NCBI GenBank assembly: GCA_976226885.1
Contig: OZ320315.1
Coordinates: 75,206,001-75,270,000 of the forward strand
Length of the DNA stretch: 64,000 nucleotides
Direction: 5' to 3'
Origin: Iphione sp. A-MEVVRFRX5
Lineage: Eukaryota
Shown here piece by piece: positions 14,101 to 26,208 of the stretch. Position 1 is the first letter of the stretch. The number at the start of each line of letters is the position of its first letter. Below the pieces are notes generated by a model, which made no database searches, was not told where the DNA came from, and saw nothing but the letters and a program-made list of their open reading frames with translations. The translations under genes and the position numbers were made by a program.

Positions 14101-17100
14101 TGTGATTTATGTCTTTCAGGCTGGCCTGTTTCGACCTTGACCTTGGCCTTTGTGCTTTATTGCATGATCCATACTTCAATAGACGTCAGCATATGGGAAA
14201 AAAGGAAAACAGATTGACTAGGCTAGCGGTTGGTTGGCTTCTTTTCCGAGTGGCTTCCCTTCATTGTCATGATATTATACATCCTTAAACATGTCATGGT
14301 CTTATTTACGAAAATTCGAATATTTGAATATTTTATTCACCGAATATTACATTCTTTCCCACGAATTTCGCATCGAGGTCATCCCATCCCATAACGCCGT
14401 CAGCATTGTCAATATATAGATTCGAAACTGCTTAATTCTAATGCCAATTCTTCCTCTAAAAGGAAACACGAATGTATTTTATTCCGACAGAATCTGTTCT
14501 TGAAACTGACACCAAATTCAAGACATGTACGACACTCCCTGCTGGCCGTTCGTAGAATTTATGTTGTTTCAAACCTCCAAGGTTTTATTACCTTTAAAAG
14601 CTTAAATTTCGTATGGAATTCTAGTTAGCGTATCAGTTTAAATCTTCGCACTCCTGTTAATATGTTTAGTAGGTAATAACAAAAGGGTCATCTAATGCCA
14701 TTAATGTATTCTACCTTTAAAAAAATGAAAACGCCGGTGTATGTACAACACATTGAATTCTAGCCTCAGTTGTTGTCAGGGCTGCACTGCCATTGTTTCA
14801 CTTCCGCCGAGGTGGTCTCCTTAAAGGAATTTTTCTCGAAAGAACAGCCAAATCACTGCCAAGTACCTAATGAAGCCTCATATTTCCTATTGATTCACGC
14901 CTCGTGGCGGTAGGTATGTGTATTTCTATTTCAGTTGCGAATCCAATATCCAAATGCGGGCGGAAACATCTTTGTCGACGTTGATGAAGCGAGATGTCTG
15001 TCACTGAAACACATGATCGATGTTAATTGTTCTTTATCCGTAGAAGCAGTTGACAGGCCGTCCTGGCTGCAGCTCTCTTCAATGAATTACTGCAAGTTAC
15101 CGTAATGAACCCATCAGCTGGTAGTGCATACACGTACAGTTGTATTAGGCCGTCATATTTCAATTCAGGAAGCTTGTAAAGTCCATACGGTTTATATATA
15201 AAGACCGGTGCATAGGACTTTCCATACAGAGGAGAACGAAAAATATACCTTAATGTACTAATTTATTTATGGGACATTCAGAGGTAGCTCGGCCTCTGAA
15301 TGGGGGTTTCTTAATCGGATCAGGTGGTGCCATTTAGTAACTGACATTAATCATTTAGAGGTTTCTGTTGGTCCTATTCCGTTATTAGTACAGCAATATA
15401 TAAAACCTGAAAGGTTTCCGATTTCAATTTTCAGGCGTCCATGTAACAAACAGCCGCTCTCTGGGAGTTTTCTTCTGAAACGCCGCTTTGTGTGGTCTGA
15501 ATGGAGGCAATGTGTAGAAGGTGTGTTTCTTTCCTTTTATGTTTGAATGAATGCCATATCTAATGGTTAGGCAAAAGACTTGCATGGACTTCAGCATGCC
15601 TGTATTTGTTAAGCAGAGACTGCATTGAAGGGGAAAAATACCCTCCCTAAAAACAACGGGCCGAGTGCGAACTGGGAACTTGTTGTCAGGAAAAACAACG
15701 CGTGGTTCGTCGAACTTTGGGGAGTTTTCGGATGACCAAATATCGACCCAGGCATGAATTATCCAGAAGCAGCGTGCGCTGTCGCCGCCCTGTAGGCAGG
15801 CACCGAGCAGCCTAAGTAAGTACCGCTGTCCGGGTTTGTTTTGATTGCGCAGGGACCCGGCCAAACGACAGGGTCTCTCTCCGGTAGATGCCGTCTCGCC
15901 TCGGACCGTCTGACCGATGTCCCTTCCCAACTGAAGAGATGAATTATAAATATGTAACACTATAGTGCAGCCTGTAAAAGCAACACTCCAGAGAGCATCG
16001 TTCTGTGTCTCACTAGAGGGCCTAAAGCACCCACGTTTCTGCAAGAAAGATTTCTACTTGCATGGTTTTAAAAGGTTTGTCAAAAGGTAGAATCCGAGAA
16101 GCTGAGCAGGTAGTTTTGCCTTGTTTCTGTCCATGTTTTTTTATACGATAGTTCTGTCCTGAAAGCATTGTTGTCCATGTAATCGAATAAAACTGTTTCT
16201 AATGATTTATGTGCCGTGTTCGTTTTTAAACCTAAGTGCATTTTCCATTTTCGGCAGTTCGTCAATCCATCTCCCTTTTATTGAAATTCATCGCAGATTT
16301 AACAATTGTGACACTCATTGTAAAATAACTTCTTTTCAGAAAAAATATTAAAGAATTATATCGTTTAGCATAAGGGTATTTCAGTATACATTAATGAGCA
16401 AGTTGTAGATTTCAAAGTTCTGTCTTTCTTATTTGTGGAGTAAATAGCACAAAATATAAAAAGATGTTTTGTGCATATCTTTTCCGTTTTTAGCTTTCAT
16501 CTTCAAAATTGCTCAATGTCAAGAGTCAGTGATATATAATATTGTATGTACATTTTAGAGTATAGATTATATATTGGTGGTGTTCTTTCAGTTTTTACTA
16601 TCGATATAATAATAGATAAGCCAAGCTATGTGACAAAACTCTTTAATCATATATTTGTCAAGTGCATGCACTTGCATTTTTTTTTATCCAATCGGCAAAT
16701 AGCACAAAAATAAACGCCGCTTAGCATCTTCGGCTAGGTAAATCTCTTTTTGAAATGAGAAGAGTAGAGAAAGTAATAATCTTGAGGATATCTATCTGAA
16801 GGCATTTGAAATATACGTGTCGACAGTAAGATGACCTACAGAACCCAGTCCAGAATGGTAGTGGATCTTGCATAGGCGCCCGTGTACAAAGAGGTCTTTC
16901 TTTCAATTGGCTCAACCGGTTGCGCCTATATTCATTTATTGTATCTGCTTTTATATTTATTCAGTCAGGACCAACTCCAAGCCATATACCAGTATGTGAA
17001 TGTACTGAAGTGGGGACCGGTGAATTAGACCCGAAGCACAGAAGTACAATTGATTAGGTTGGAAGGGGCCATAAGTACATGTATATACATCCTTGTTAAC

Positions 17101-17372
17101 TAAATGCAATATGGGCCTTTACAAACAGTATTTGAAGATGTTGAAACACGCTCGTAGCTGCCTTCGTGCCCTCACCATATTGTCATCTGATATACTGGTT
17201 CCCTAATTAAACATCGGTCTGAAGCCTCATGGTCCTACGGTTCATGTCCCATGATAGATTCTTCTTTGTGTCCATCATCTTTGTGCATATCTATATTGGA
17301 TGGCGTGTTTTATTTTTGGAACTTTTCCATTCTAACCCTCCCTGCAATACAATTCAAAACTCGAATTTCTTG

Positions 17373-17701
17373 TGTAGCGGTGTTATGTGGCAACGTTGCA
17401 CGGTGCAAGGTTGCATTGTGCGAGGTGGCACTGTGCACTGTGCATTGATGCTTTCAGCGCGGAGTGCAGTGTTGCAGTGTCGCCTCGTGCTTTGCGCTTT
17501 GTTTGCTTTACGCATCGTGCAGCGTTGCACCATGCACGGCTGGGGGGCTCCAGCCTATAAAAGCAGGAGCTGGGGCCCTCTCAGTTCAGTTCAGGGCAGG
17601 GAGCCATACTGTGAACATCTCTCTTAGAATTGTCTCAGCAATAAAGATCCTTGGTTTACACTTCCTGGTCATGTCTTATTTGCGGAGCGGCCGACGCTAC
17701 A
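17373..17701 (+). repeat. 5' LTR (329 bp)
   Basis: TGTAGCGG...GCTACA; TATAAAA at 17556, AATAAA at 17640; matches 33509-33850. Confidence 0.98.
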
Positions 17702-17702
17702 T

Positions 17703-17720
17703 TGGTGGCAGCGGTGGGAT
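17703..17720 (+). promoter_or_regulatory. Primer-binding site complementary to the tRNA-Leu 3' end
   Basis: TGGTGGCAGCGGTGGGAT, 1 nt after the LTR, is the reverse complement of ...ATCCCACCGCTGCCACCA, the 3' end of eukaryotic tRNA-Leu(AAG/UAG). Confidence 0.9.
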
Positions 17721-17857
17721 CTCTTCCCCCGCTGGCCGGCCCCCCCGCAGGGAGAGGGCGCCGACGCCTGCAGCCGCCGCGCGCACCAGGAAGGGATAGC
17801 AACTCGGAGTCCTGGGGTACCGAAGGCGCTCTGAGTTCCGACAGCGAGATCGAGCTG

Positions 17858-19514
17858 ATGACGGCCCGTCCTTCGTCACTGGCCGCGCCCCGACCGTCGC
17901 GACGTCGGGCACCGACGGGCGTATTGCAGGCACGGCCCGGCAAGTCGGCGCCCGGTGCGTCTCGATGACGGAGGGAGCCCCCTGGCGCGGGAACGGGCGT
18001 TGCAGCGACAAAGGGCGCACGAGCACGGAGTGCCACAACGCTCGGTGCCTCAACGTTCGACGCAGATGCTATTGACGCAGATGCTATTGACGCAGATGCT
18101 ACCAACGCAGATGCTACCGACGCAGATGCTACCGACGCAGATGCTACCGACGCAGATGCTACCGACGCAGATGCTATCGACGCAGATGCTACCGACGCAG
18201 AGGCCATCGACGCAGGCGCGCTGGGCGCGGACGCGATCGGCGTGCACACATCCCACGCGGGTACGGCCGGCGCGGGCGCCCCTCTGCCCCATGTACCTGA
18301 CGCGGCCGGCGCCCGAGGGGTGGATACGGCGACGAACGTTATCGGGCCGGCAGGCGGCCCACTGCCAGTGCCTGGCCCCTCCAATGCTGTTGCGAAGGGC
18401 AAAGGGGGGTGCCGCGCTGTCAGGCCGGGGGCAGCCCGCCCGAAGGGTGAACCGCAAGCTCCCCCCCGCCGCGACCTTGGTCGGGATCGGCCCGACGCCC
18501 GGAAGCCGGTCCACACGGACCCTGGGTGCGCCCCGCGGGCGCCTGGGGCGTCCGCGGCCAGGACCCCGGCAGACGAAGCCGCCGCTCTGGTGCGAGGGCT
18601 GGTGTCTGGATTACAGGCAGCGATGCAGCCCCAGGCGGCGCCCCCGACACCGCCACGGCGGCATCATGTGAAGCCTGAGTCTTTCGACGGGTCTGCGCCC
18701 CTGTCGGAATTCCTACACCACTTCGGGCTCGTCGCCAAGACCAACCGTTGGGATGACGCTGAGAAGGCTCTCCAACTCAGCGTCTGCTTAAGGAAGTCAG
18801 CCCAGTCGGCCCTCAGGTCGGCCAACGTGGACGTGTCGGCACCCGGGGCATATGCATGGATCGAGGAGGTGCTTAAGCAAAGGTTCCAGTCGGAGGACCG
18901 CGTCACCTTCTTTGAGCAGGAGCTCAAACAGCGGTGCCAGGGCAAAGAGGAGGATGCCCAGAAACTGGGAGAGGAGATTGAGCGATTGGCCCGGCAGGCA
19001 TACCCGGAGGCTGAAGGGGTCTGGCTCGACCGCATGTGCAAGGACTCCTTTGTTAGCGCCTTGCGGGACGAGCGAAGCCGCCGCTGGGTGGTGTAGGCCA
19101 AGGCCAAGACGTTCCAGGCGGCGGTCTCGGAGGCCCTCCTGGCCGAATCGTTCCATCGGGCAGAGAAAGAACGTAACCCTCCCGCCACACAGTCGCGTGT
19201 CCGTGCGGCGCGTACTGAGGAGGATGAAGTGGTGGCCGCGGCAGCCCGCACCACCCCCACAGCCCCCCCCGCAGGCTTGGGATCGGATAGAGCAGTTGCT
19301 GGTCCGCCTGCTGGAGGCGCCGACCGTCGCGCCCGCTCGACGAGGCCGTTGGGGCGGAAACGCGGAGGGCGGATGTTTCTACTGCCACGAGAAGGGCCAC
19401 TTCAAACGGGATTGCCCGGCGCGCAAGGCTGCTAAGGGGGAGGGGACGGCGGCTCCCCCGGCGGCGCCATCCAGTGAAGCGGGAAACGGGCAGCTGCCCG
19501 CCCCGGCCCAGTAG
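17858..19514 (+). pseudogene. gag: gag, disrupted
   Basis: Capsid-like KPESFDGSAPLSEFLHHFGLVAKTNRW...; CCHC knuckle CFYCHEKGHFKRDC. In-frame stops at 17966 (TGA) and 19094 (TAG), and an apparent extra C in the C8 run at 19263-19270. Start codon uncertain. Confidence 0.9.
18059..18208 (+). repeat. 15-bp minisatellite x10 in the gag frame
   Basis: GACGCAGATGCTAYY units encoding DADAT/DADAI. Confidence 0.97.
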
Positions 19515-19545
19515 GGCGGGCGGCCGCACCCGACGTTTCCCTGGG
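19481..19545 (+). promoter_or_regulatory. -1 programmed ribosomal frameshift signal (gag to pol)
   Basis: G GGA AAC slippery heptamer in the gag frame at 19481-19487; the pol frame is -1 and opens at 19478; GC stem 19493-19503/19514-19524; possible second stem CCCAG(19507-11)/CTGGG(19541-45). Confidence 0.85.
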
Positions 19546-22500
19546 ACTACCGGAGCATCTGCAGGCTCTGGCAGGGGTAGTCCAGGGAGAGCCCGCGGTC
19601 ACTCTGCAGGGCCACCGAAGGCAGGAGTTCAATGGACTGCTCCTATCAGGAGAGTTTGGGGGCAGAGTGATTGACTGGCTGATCGATACTGGCGCCTCGG
19701 CATCGCTCCTCTCCGCTAAGGTATTCGAGTCCCTGCACGGAATACCGCTGGGACCAGTGGATGCCCGCGTGTATGGTGTGGATGGCGCCCCGCTTGCAGT
19801 GCGAGGATCCGTGGCGGGGATGGTGTATTTCCAGGAGGCAGCAATTCCCATGCGGGCCCAAGTGGTGGATATGGAGGTGCCTGCTATATTGGGGCTCGAC
19901 TGGCTGGACCGCTGGGAAGCAGTGGTGGACTCCCGGAGGGCGCAGGTGGCGTTGGGCCGGGTACCGGAAGAGACCGCGGCACCCTTGGCGGTAGTAGCCG
20001 ACGCCACGGTCCCAGCAGGACAGGTCGATTGGTTGCAAGTTGAGTGGCAGGAAGAGGGACCCCTGGGCGAGAGTATCATAGCCAAAGCATACAGCCGGTT
20101 TGAGGAGAGGTCGGGGCTGCGAGTGGCTCAGGCTGTAGTGCGCCCACAGGACGGTCAGTTATGGATACCGCTTTGGAACCCTGGGCCTGTCGCGGCCTGC
20201 GTCTTCCACGGCACGCAGCTGGGGACCGGCCACGCGGTGAGCGACGTCGCGGCCGTCCATGCTGCACCCGCGGAGGCCGTGGAGGCCGAGCAGTGGGAGG
20301 CAGTACAGCAGCTTTTGGACCGATTTCCGGAGGGACTGCCAGCCGAAGACCGGGCTGGCATCCAGACCATGCTGGAAGCACACCGCAGCGTCTTCCAGAC
20401 TCCGAGTGGGCCACTGGGGTGCACCCCTGTGGTCCAGCACAGAATTGACACACAGGGACACGCCCCCATTCGCCAGCGAGCGCGACGCCTCCCACCCCAT
20501 CGGAAGGCAGAGGTGGAGCGGGAGGTAGAGGTGATGCTGGAGTGAGGGGTTCTGGAACACTCGACCAGCCCGTGAGCTTCCCCTCTAGTCCTCGTCAAGA
20601 AGAAGGACGGCAGCACCCGCTTCTGTATTGACTACCGGCGGCTGAATGCGGTAACGAAGAAGGACGCGTACCCCCTGCCCCGCATTGACGACACCCTGGA
20701 TGCGCTGCAGGGGAATCGCTATTTTTCCGCGATCGACTTGGCCAGTGGCGACTGGCAAGTCAGAATGGATCCCGCCGACGCGGAGAAGACGGCCGTTTGC
20801 ACCCCCGGAGGGCTGTACCAATTCCGGGTGATGCCCTTCGGGCTATGCAACGCGCCGTCGACCTTCGAACGCCTCATGGAGTCCGTGCTGCGGGGTATGG
20901 TGGGCGCAGACTGCCTCGTATATCTGGACGATATTATTGTGCTGGGCCGCACAGTGGAGGAGATGTGCGACCGCCTGGGACGGGTCTTCGACCGTCTTCA
21001 GCAGGCGGGGCTGAGGGTGAAGGCTTCGAAGTGTCAATTGTTCCAGGAAGAGGTGGCGTACCTGGGCCACCGGGTGTCGGCTCGCGGCGTCGGGGTGGAC
21101 CCCGAGAAGGTCGCCGCCGTGGCCGCATGGCCGCAACCACGCTGCGGCGAAGAGTTGCGCGGATTCCTGGGCCTTTGTTCATACTACCGAAGCTTCGTGG
21201 AGGGCTTCGCCCGAATTGCAGCCCCCCTCCATGCCATGGCGGACCGGCTGGCGGAGTTCGCCTGGACGGAGGAGTGTCAACGGGCCTTCGATCACCTGAA
21301 ACAACGACTGTGCTCGGCACCGATCCTGGGCTACCCCCGCCCACAGGGGAGGCTGTTGCTGGACACGGACGCCTCGGATACGGGCATCGGCGCGGTGCTA
21401 TCCCAGGTTCAAGACGGCCAGGAGAGGGTCCTGGCTTATGCAAGTCGGACCCTTACTAAGCCCGAGCGGAACTACTGCGTGACGTGGCGGGAGTTGCTGG
21501 CCGTGGTATTCGCTCTGCGCAAATTCCGTTGCTACGTGGGAGGGAGGAGCATTGAGATCCGAACTGACCACGACTCCTTACGGTGGTTATGCAGTTTCCG
21601 CGAGCCGCAGGGGCAGTTGGCCCGCTGGCTGGAGGAAATTTTCTGCCACGATTTGGAGATCATCCACCGGCCGGGACGGAAGCACGGAAATGCGGACGGC
21701 CTGTCGCGGCAACAATGCAAGCAGTGCACTAGGGAGATGACCCCGGAGGTCGTCGACATGGCCGCGGTCACAGCAACCCCGCTGGCCAGCACCGAACGGC
21801 TAGGCAACGCGCAAGCGGCAGAGGAAGGCACGGAGTCGATCCGTCGGGCGTTGGCAGCAGGAGTCGACCCCCCGGGACTGGAAGTCGGGCTGCCGTGGGA
21901 GGAGCGGCAGCTGCGAGCGGAAGTTGGCTGGTTGTCCTTGAGGGGCGGAGTGTTGGTGCGGCGCTGGGAGGCTGACGGCGGGCAAGCAGTGTACCAGGCC
22001 TACGTCCCCCGCGCGCTGCGGGCCGAGCTGTGGCAGGATGTGCACGCGGGCGCACTGGGAGGCCACCTGGGTGCTGAGAAGACCCTCGGACTACTGCGAC
22101 AGAAGTGGTTCTGGCCTGGGATGCGCCGAGATGTGGGACGTTGGACAGCCGCCTGCCAGGCTTGTCAGCGGCGTAAGGCACCACCCCACTCCAGGCGAGC
22201 ACCGCTACAGTCCCGCCCGGTGAACGAGCCTTGGGAGTTAGTGGCCGCCGACATACTGGGACCTCTGCCGGAGACCCCTCGGGGGAATAGGTACGTCCTC
22301 GTAGTAGCGGACCACTTCTCCAAGTGGACTGAGGCCTTTCCCCTGGCCGAAGCCACGGCCAAGGCGTCCGCAGAAGTCATCGTGAGAGAGGTGGTGTGCC
22401 GGTTCGGCCCTCCTCGGGTGTTCCACTCCGACCAGGGTCGCAATTTCGAGTAGGCGCTCTTCACCGAGGTGCTCCAGCTCTTGGGGGTGGAGAAGTCCCG

Positions 22501-23196
22501 GACCACGCCGTACCACCCCCAGAGCGACGGAGTGGTGGAACGCTTTAACAGGACGCTGGCCAGTATGTTGGGCACCCTTGGAGAGGAGCGTCGAGCCGAC
22601 TGGGACTTGGCTCTTCCGTACGTGATGGCCGCGTACCGGGCCACGCCCCAGGGCTCGACCGGAATGTCGCCCAATCGGCTCATGCTCCATCCGGAGGTCA
22701 ACCTGCCGGTGGAGCTGCAGTACGGTTACCCCGAGCCCGGCGTAGTGCAGCGGAACCAGTTCGCCAGCCAAGTAGAGGACGAGGTCCAGCAGGCCCATCG
22801 GAGGATGGCACAGCGCCTGAACCGTGTGGCTGAGCACCGGCGCGACTGGTACAATCAGAAAGTCAGGCCACAGAAGTACGCGGTCGGACAGAGGGTCTGG
22901 TTGTTTTCACCACTTCGCCGCCGGGGAGTCCCTCATAAGTTTCAGGATTGGTGGGAAGGGCCCTGGCAAGTAGAAGAGAGGCTTTCGGCGGTCACCTACC
23001 GAATCGGCAAGGGTCCCAAAAGGAGGGTTGTCCACGCGGACCGACTCAAGCCGGCAAAGGAGGATCCCCAGGTGACTTGCGCCAGCCAGGCCTGCCAGGC
23101 TGCCCTCGCGGATGCGGGGATGGTGGCTGCGCCGAATGTCAAAGCTGGGAATGAGAGTGTGCGTGGCACTTTCACCACGGGGCGGGGAACGAAGCT

Positions 23197-23334
23197 GCGT
23201 CGATGCAAGCACCGCAGGTGCGCCCTTCGCCAGCCCGTGGCGCCCCCCAGCGTAACTCCGCCGATGCGTCGATGCGAGCACTGCAAACGCGCTCTTTATT
23301 GGCTTGTGGCGCTGCCCAGCGTAATTCCGCTGAT
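23197..23334 (+). repeat. 69-bp tandem duplication (2 diverged copies)
   Basis: GCGTCGATGC... starts at 23197 and 23266. Confidence 0.85.
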
Positions 23335-23727
23335 CTAAGTTACCGGAAACGAGGCAGCACCACCTGCGACTGCGTCCCTTGCTCGCAGACCTCGTGCATT
23401 GGTAGCCAAAGCGATCGACAGAGCCGGAATCCTCGCACGACGACCAAGAACGCAACGTCTCAACGGGAAGCACGCCGCTACGTTGAACGCCAGGACGCCG
23501 TGGACTATTCCACTCCGGTAGTACGAAGCCAGGTAGGCGTTTTATCATGTGCAACACTTGTACAGGCCACGAGCGATAATAGGGGCCGCAATGTTAGAAG
23601 GAGCCAGCTTTGTCGCGGTAAGACTTGGGTGCACAATAGTCGAGAAACTAATGTAGGCTTCGGCACGGAAGGTGGCTGCGTTGATTGTACGAGAGTAAGA
23701 GCACCAGACCGCCACAGCAACTGCGCA

Positions 23728-23985
23728 GCCTGTACTGGCGGCGAAATACAGAGAGTTGAACGCATGGGCGACAGTTGTGGGGGAGCCGTTTGCTCGCCAG
23801 TAGAAAGGCCGAGCCACGTTTGCGCTGTAGCAGAAGCATGCCTTGCTGACCCCGCGGCCTGTACTGGCAGCGAAATACCGGGAGTCGAACGTGTGGGCAA
23901 CAATCGTGAGGGAGCCGTTTGCTCGCCAGTAGAAAGGTCGAGCCATGTTTGCGCTGTAGCAGAAGCAGCCTGTGCTGACTCCCGC
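23728..23985 (+). repeat. 129-bp tandem duplication (2 copies)
   Basis: GCCTGTACTGGC... starts at 23728 and 23857; a 43-aa Cys-rich repeat in the 23203 frame. Confidence 0.9.
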
Positions 23986-24643
23986 CTTGTCTCCGCAGGC
24001 ACTCGACGCACCATCCGTCGGGGCAATAACGTTCGACGCAAGTGCGGTGAACGCCTCGTGCATCAGGGCCTCGACGTTGGCCGCACCGACAATCGCCGCA
24101 GCTACAGTCAACGCACCTGCGATCCACGCAATAGCGAACGTTGCCAGGACAATCAGCGCAGCCCCGTCCCCACCTGCTACCAACGCCACCAGACCATCCT
24201 GCACCCCGAGAGCGGTATGGCTGAACGGGACCCCACCCCTAGCACCTCGGATGCCCCCGACGGCCCCCCCTTCCCCTGCCAGGTGTGCGGGAAGGAATTC
24301 GCCGTGCTGGAGGGAATGTACGAGCACATCACAGCCGCCCACCAAGTCGTCGGTTTTGGCTGGCTGTGTCCATTCCCCAGATGCCAGGGGACCGCCTTCA
24401 AGCTTTTTGCTGGTAATGTAGGGGGTAAGACGCGGACCGGTACCGCTCCCACACTGTCCGGTTTTTTTAGGAGTTTCGTGTAAGGTATGGACAATAGACA
24501 ATGGTGTTATAGTGTGTGAATACATTGTGACTTTTGGTATAGCGGATTTAGATCAGTTAGTGGTGAATTAACTAAAATATACTGATTGGAAAGATTGTAC
24601 TCGCTGTCCCGGACGATAATATCGTACGATTCGGCACAGTAAC

Positions 24644-26107
24644 ATGAGCTCTAAAAATAGTTCCTCTGATCAGGGTGCTACTGCTAATACAACGGCAGGG
24701 GCTACTGATTCTATAATTAGCACTGAGGGCATGCATTCTGTAGTCGATTCTCGTGGTGAACAGACGACCAAATGTCCTAAACAACAAGATATCACGGATT
24801 TTCTTATCAAAGACGTATCAACCCCTGATTTGACCAAATCAACAGGTAAGAGAAGAAAAGATAACAGTCCCGGGACTGAATTTTTACTTGACGAATTATC
24901 AGAAATGTCTACTCCAGGTCTGGATATTGTTCTCAAAGAAATTATTCGTAGTCGTGAATTATCTGGTATAGAAACACGTGGCCTTCAACAACAACTGCAC
25001 GATATTGGTGAAAAATTAGACGGTTGTAATAAGGCAATAGAAGTAAATACAGAAAAGCTAGGGGAACTAGAAGACGAAATTGCTGATCTAAAAACTGAAA
25101 ATGAAACTTTAAAGCGAGAAATTGCAACATTAAAGGAGGCAAGACAAGGCACTAAGAACTCTACTAATGTTGAAAATTTGGAAAAATTAAGTAAGAAGAA
25201 CAATGTTTTTATAGACGGTATTACGTTGGACGATGACAACGAATTAATCGACAATGTAATTGATTTTTGCAGGGGTATTGGAGTAACATTGTCAAAAACT
25301 GATGTTGCAGAATTATATGTGGTAAAAACTAAGGATGATGGAAACTCTATAATATTTTTAAAATTTGTGTATTACTGGAAAAAGCTTGAACTGTTTCAAG
25401 TAAAAAAACAATTAAAAGGCCGAAATATTTGGATTAACCATGATTTGACAAAAAAACAGAGAGAAACGCAGGCGAAATTGAGAAAAACTCTCAAAAAACT
25501 AAAAAGTGCAGACTCAAATGTCGCAGCATACATTAAAGGTGAACAGTTAATTTATCAAGATGTTGTCTATACGACAGAAACTTTGGATACCATTCCGCAG
25601 AGCAGTGTTGAAGCATCTGAAGTGCCAGTGCAAACATCAGGTATTCTACCATTTGCAGGTAAATCATCATATCTTTCGAATTTGTATCCCTGCAAAATAA
25701 GCTGGGATAACAGCAGTTTTGACAGCTTGGAGCAAGCATACACCTACTCCAAGTGCAAGGCTTCAAATTTATCATCTAAGATGGCTATAGCCCAGCATAC
25801 CACTGACTACAAAGCACTTAAAGAGCTGCGTAAAGGTCTTCCTAATATTGATAACTGGGACACTTTAAGGCTGGAAATTATGGAGGAATTGGTATACTCA
25901 AAGTTTAACCAAAACACTGATCTAATGAACAAATTACTAGCAACTGGTAAATCCGTCCTAGTCGAATGCACTCTTAATAACTTCTGGGGTGCTGGAGCAA
26001 ACAAAAAGTCAAAAAGTGTTCGAGACGGTTCCTTCAAAGGGAGCAATCACCTAGGAAAAATTCTTGAGTTAACACGTACGAAACTCAGTGATATGATGTA
26101 CAACTAA
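24644..26107 (+). CDS. LINE ORF1p (coiled coil + RRM/CTD-like) fused to a C-terminal NADAR/YbiA-like domain
   Basis: Heptad coil LGELEDEIADLKTENETLKREI; KKNNVFIDGI and IWINHDLTKKQR typical of L1-type ORF1p; FAGKSSYLSNLY, SLEQAY..K, W...RLEIMEELVYSKFNQN.DL..KLLATG...LVE....FWG.G, GSNHLGKILE..R match the NADAR pattern. Confidence 0.88.
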   Translation: MSSKNSSSDQGATANTTAGATDSIISTEGMHSVVDSRGEQTTKCPKQQDITDFLIKDVSTPDLTKSTGKRRKDNSPGTEFLLDELSEMSTPGLDIVLKEIIRSRELSGIETRGLQQQLHDIGEKLDGCNKAIEVNTEKLGELEDEIADLKTENETLKREIATLKEARQGTKNSTNVENLEKLSKKNNVFIDGITLDDDNELIDNVIDFCRGIGVTLSKTDVAELYVVKTKDDGNSIIFLKFVYYWKKLELFQVKKQLKGRNIWINHDLTKKQRETQAKLRKTLKKLKSADSNVAAYIKGEQLIYQDVVYTTETLDTIPQSSVEASEVPVQTSGILPFAGKSSYLSNLYPCKISWDNSSFDSLEQAYTYSKCKASNLSSKMAIAQHTTDYKALKELRKGLPNIDNWDTLRLEIMEELVYSKFNQNTDLMNKLLATGKSVLVECTLNNFWGAGANKKSKSVRDGSFKGSNHLGKILELTRTKLSDMMYN

Positions 26108-26208
26108 GGAAACAGTATAACATGATATGATCACATTGTCAGAGATATTGTTACTAAATGTGTGAAAGTATCTTTTCAGGTGTTGTGCTATCTGACTGAC
26201 CACCAAAC

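Larger units (their letters stand above)
19481..23338 (+). pseudogene. pol: pol polyprotein (protease-RT-RNase H-integrase), disrupted
   Basis: LIDTGAS protease; [25 protein letters not shown]; [12 protein letters not shown] RNase H; [19 protein letters not shown] integrase with GPW-type tail. One frame with nonsense codons at 20543, 20573 and 22451. True C-terminus uncertain. Confidence 0.97.

Noticed and set aside
15424-16044. 206-aa minus-strand ORF
   Set aside because: TTG start, no recognisable motif or coding-like composition.
18059-18208. Regular repeat array as a CRISPR
   Set aside because: Head-to-tail 15-mers with no unique spacers, in a eukaryotic gag; no cas genes.
17656-22837. 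Many long minus-strand and alternative-frame ORFs over gag/pol
   Set aside because: Shadows of GC-rich coding sequence; no motifs, and all conserved domains lie in the + gag/pol frames.
24421-24470. Self-cleaving (HDV-like) ribozyme at the LINE 5' end
   Set aside because: Short GC stems exist, but I could not assign the nested double-pseudoknot; a covariance-model search would be needed.
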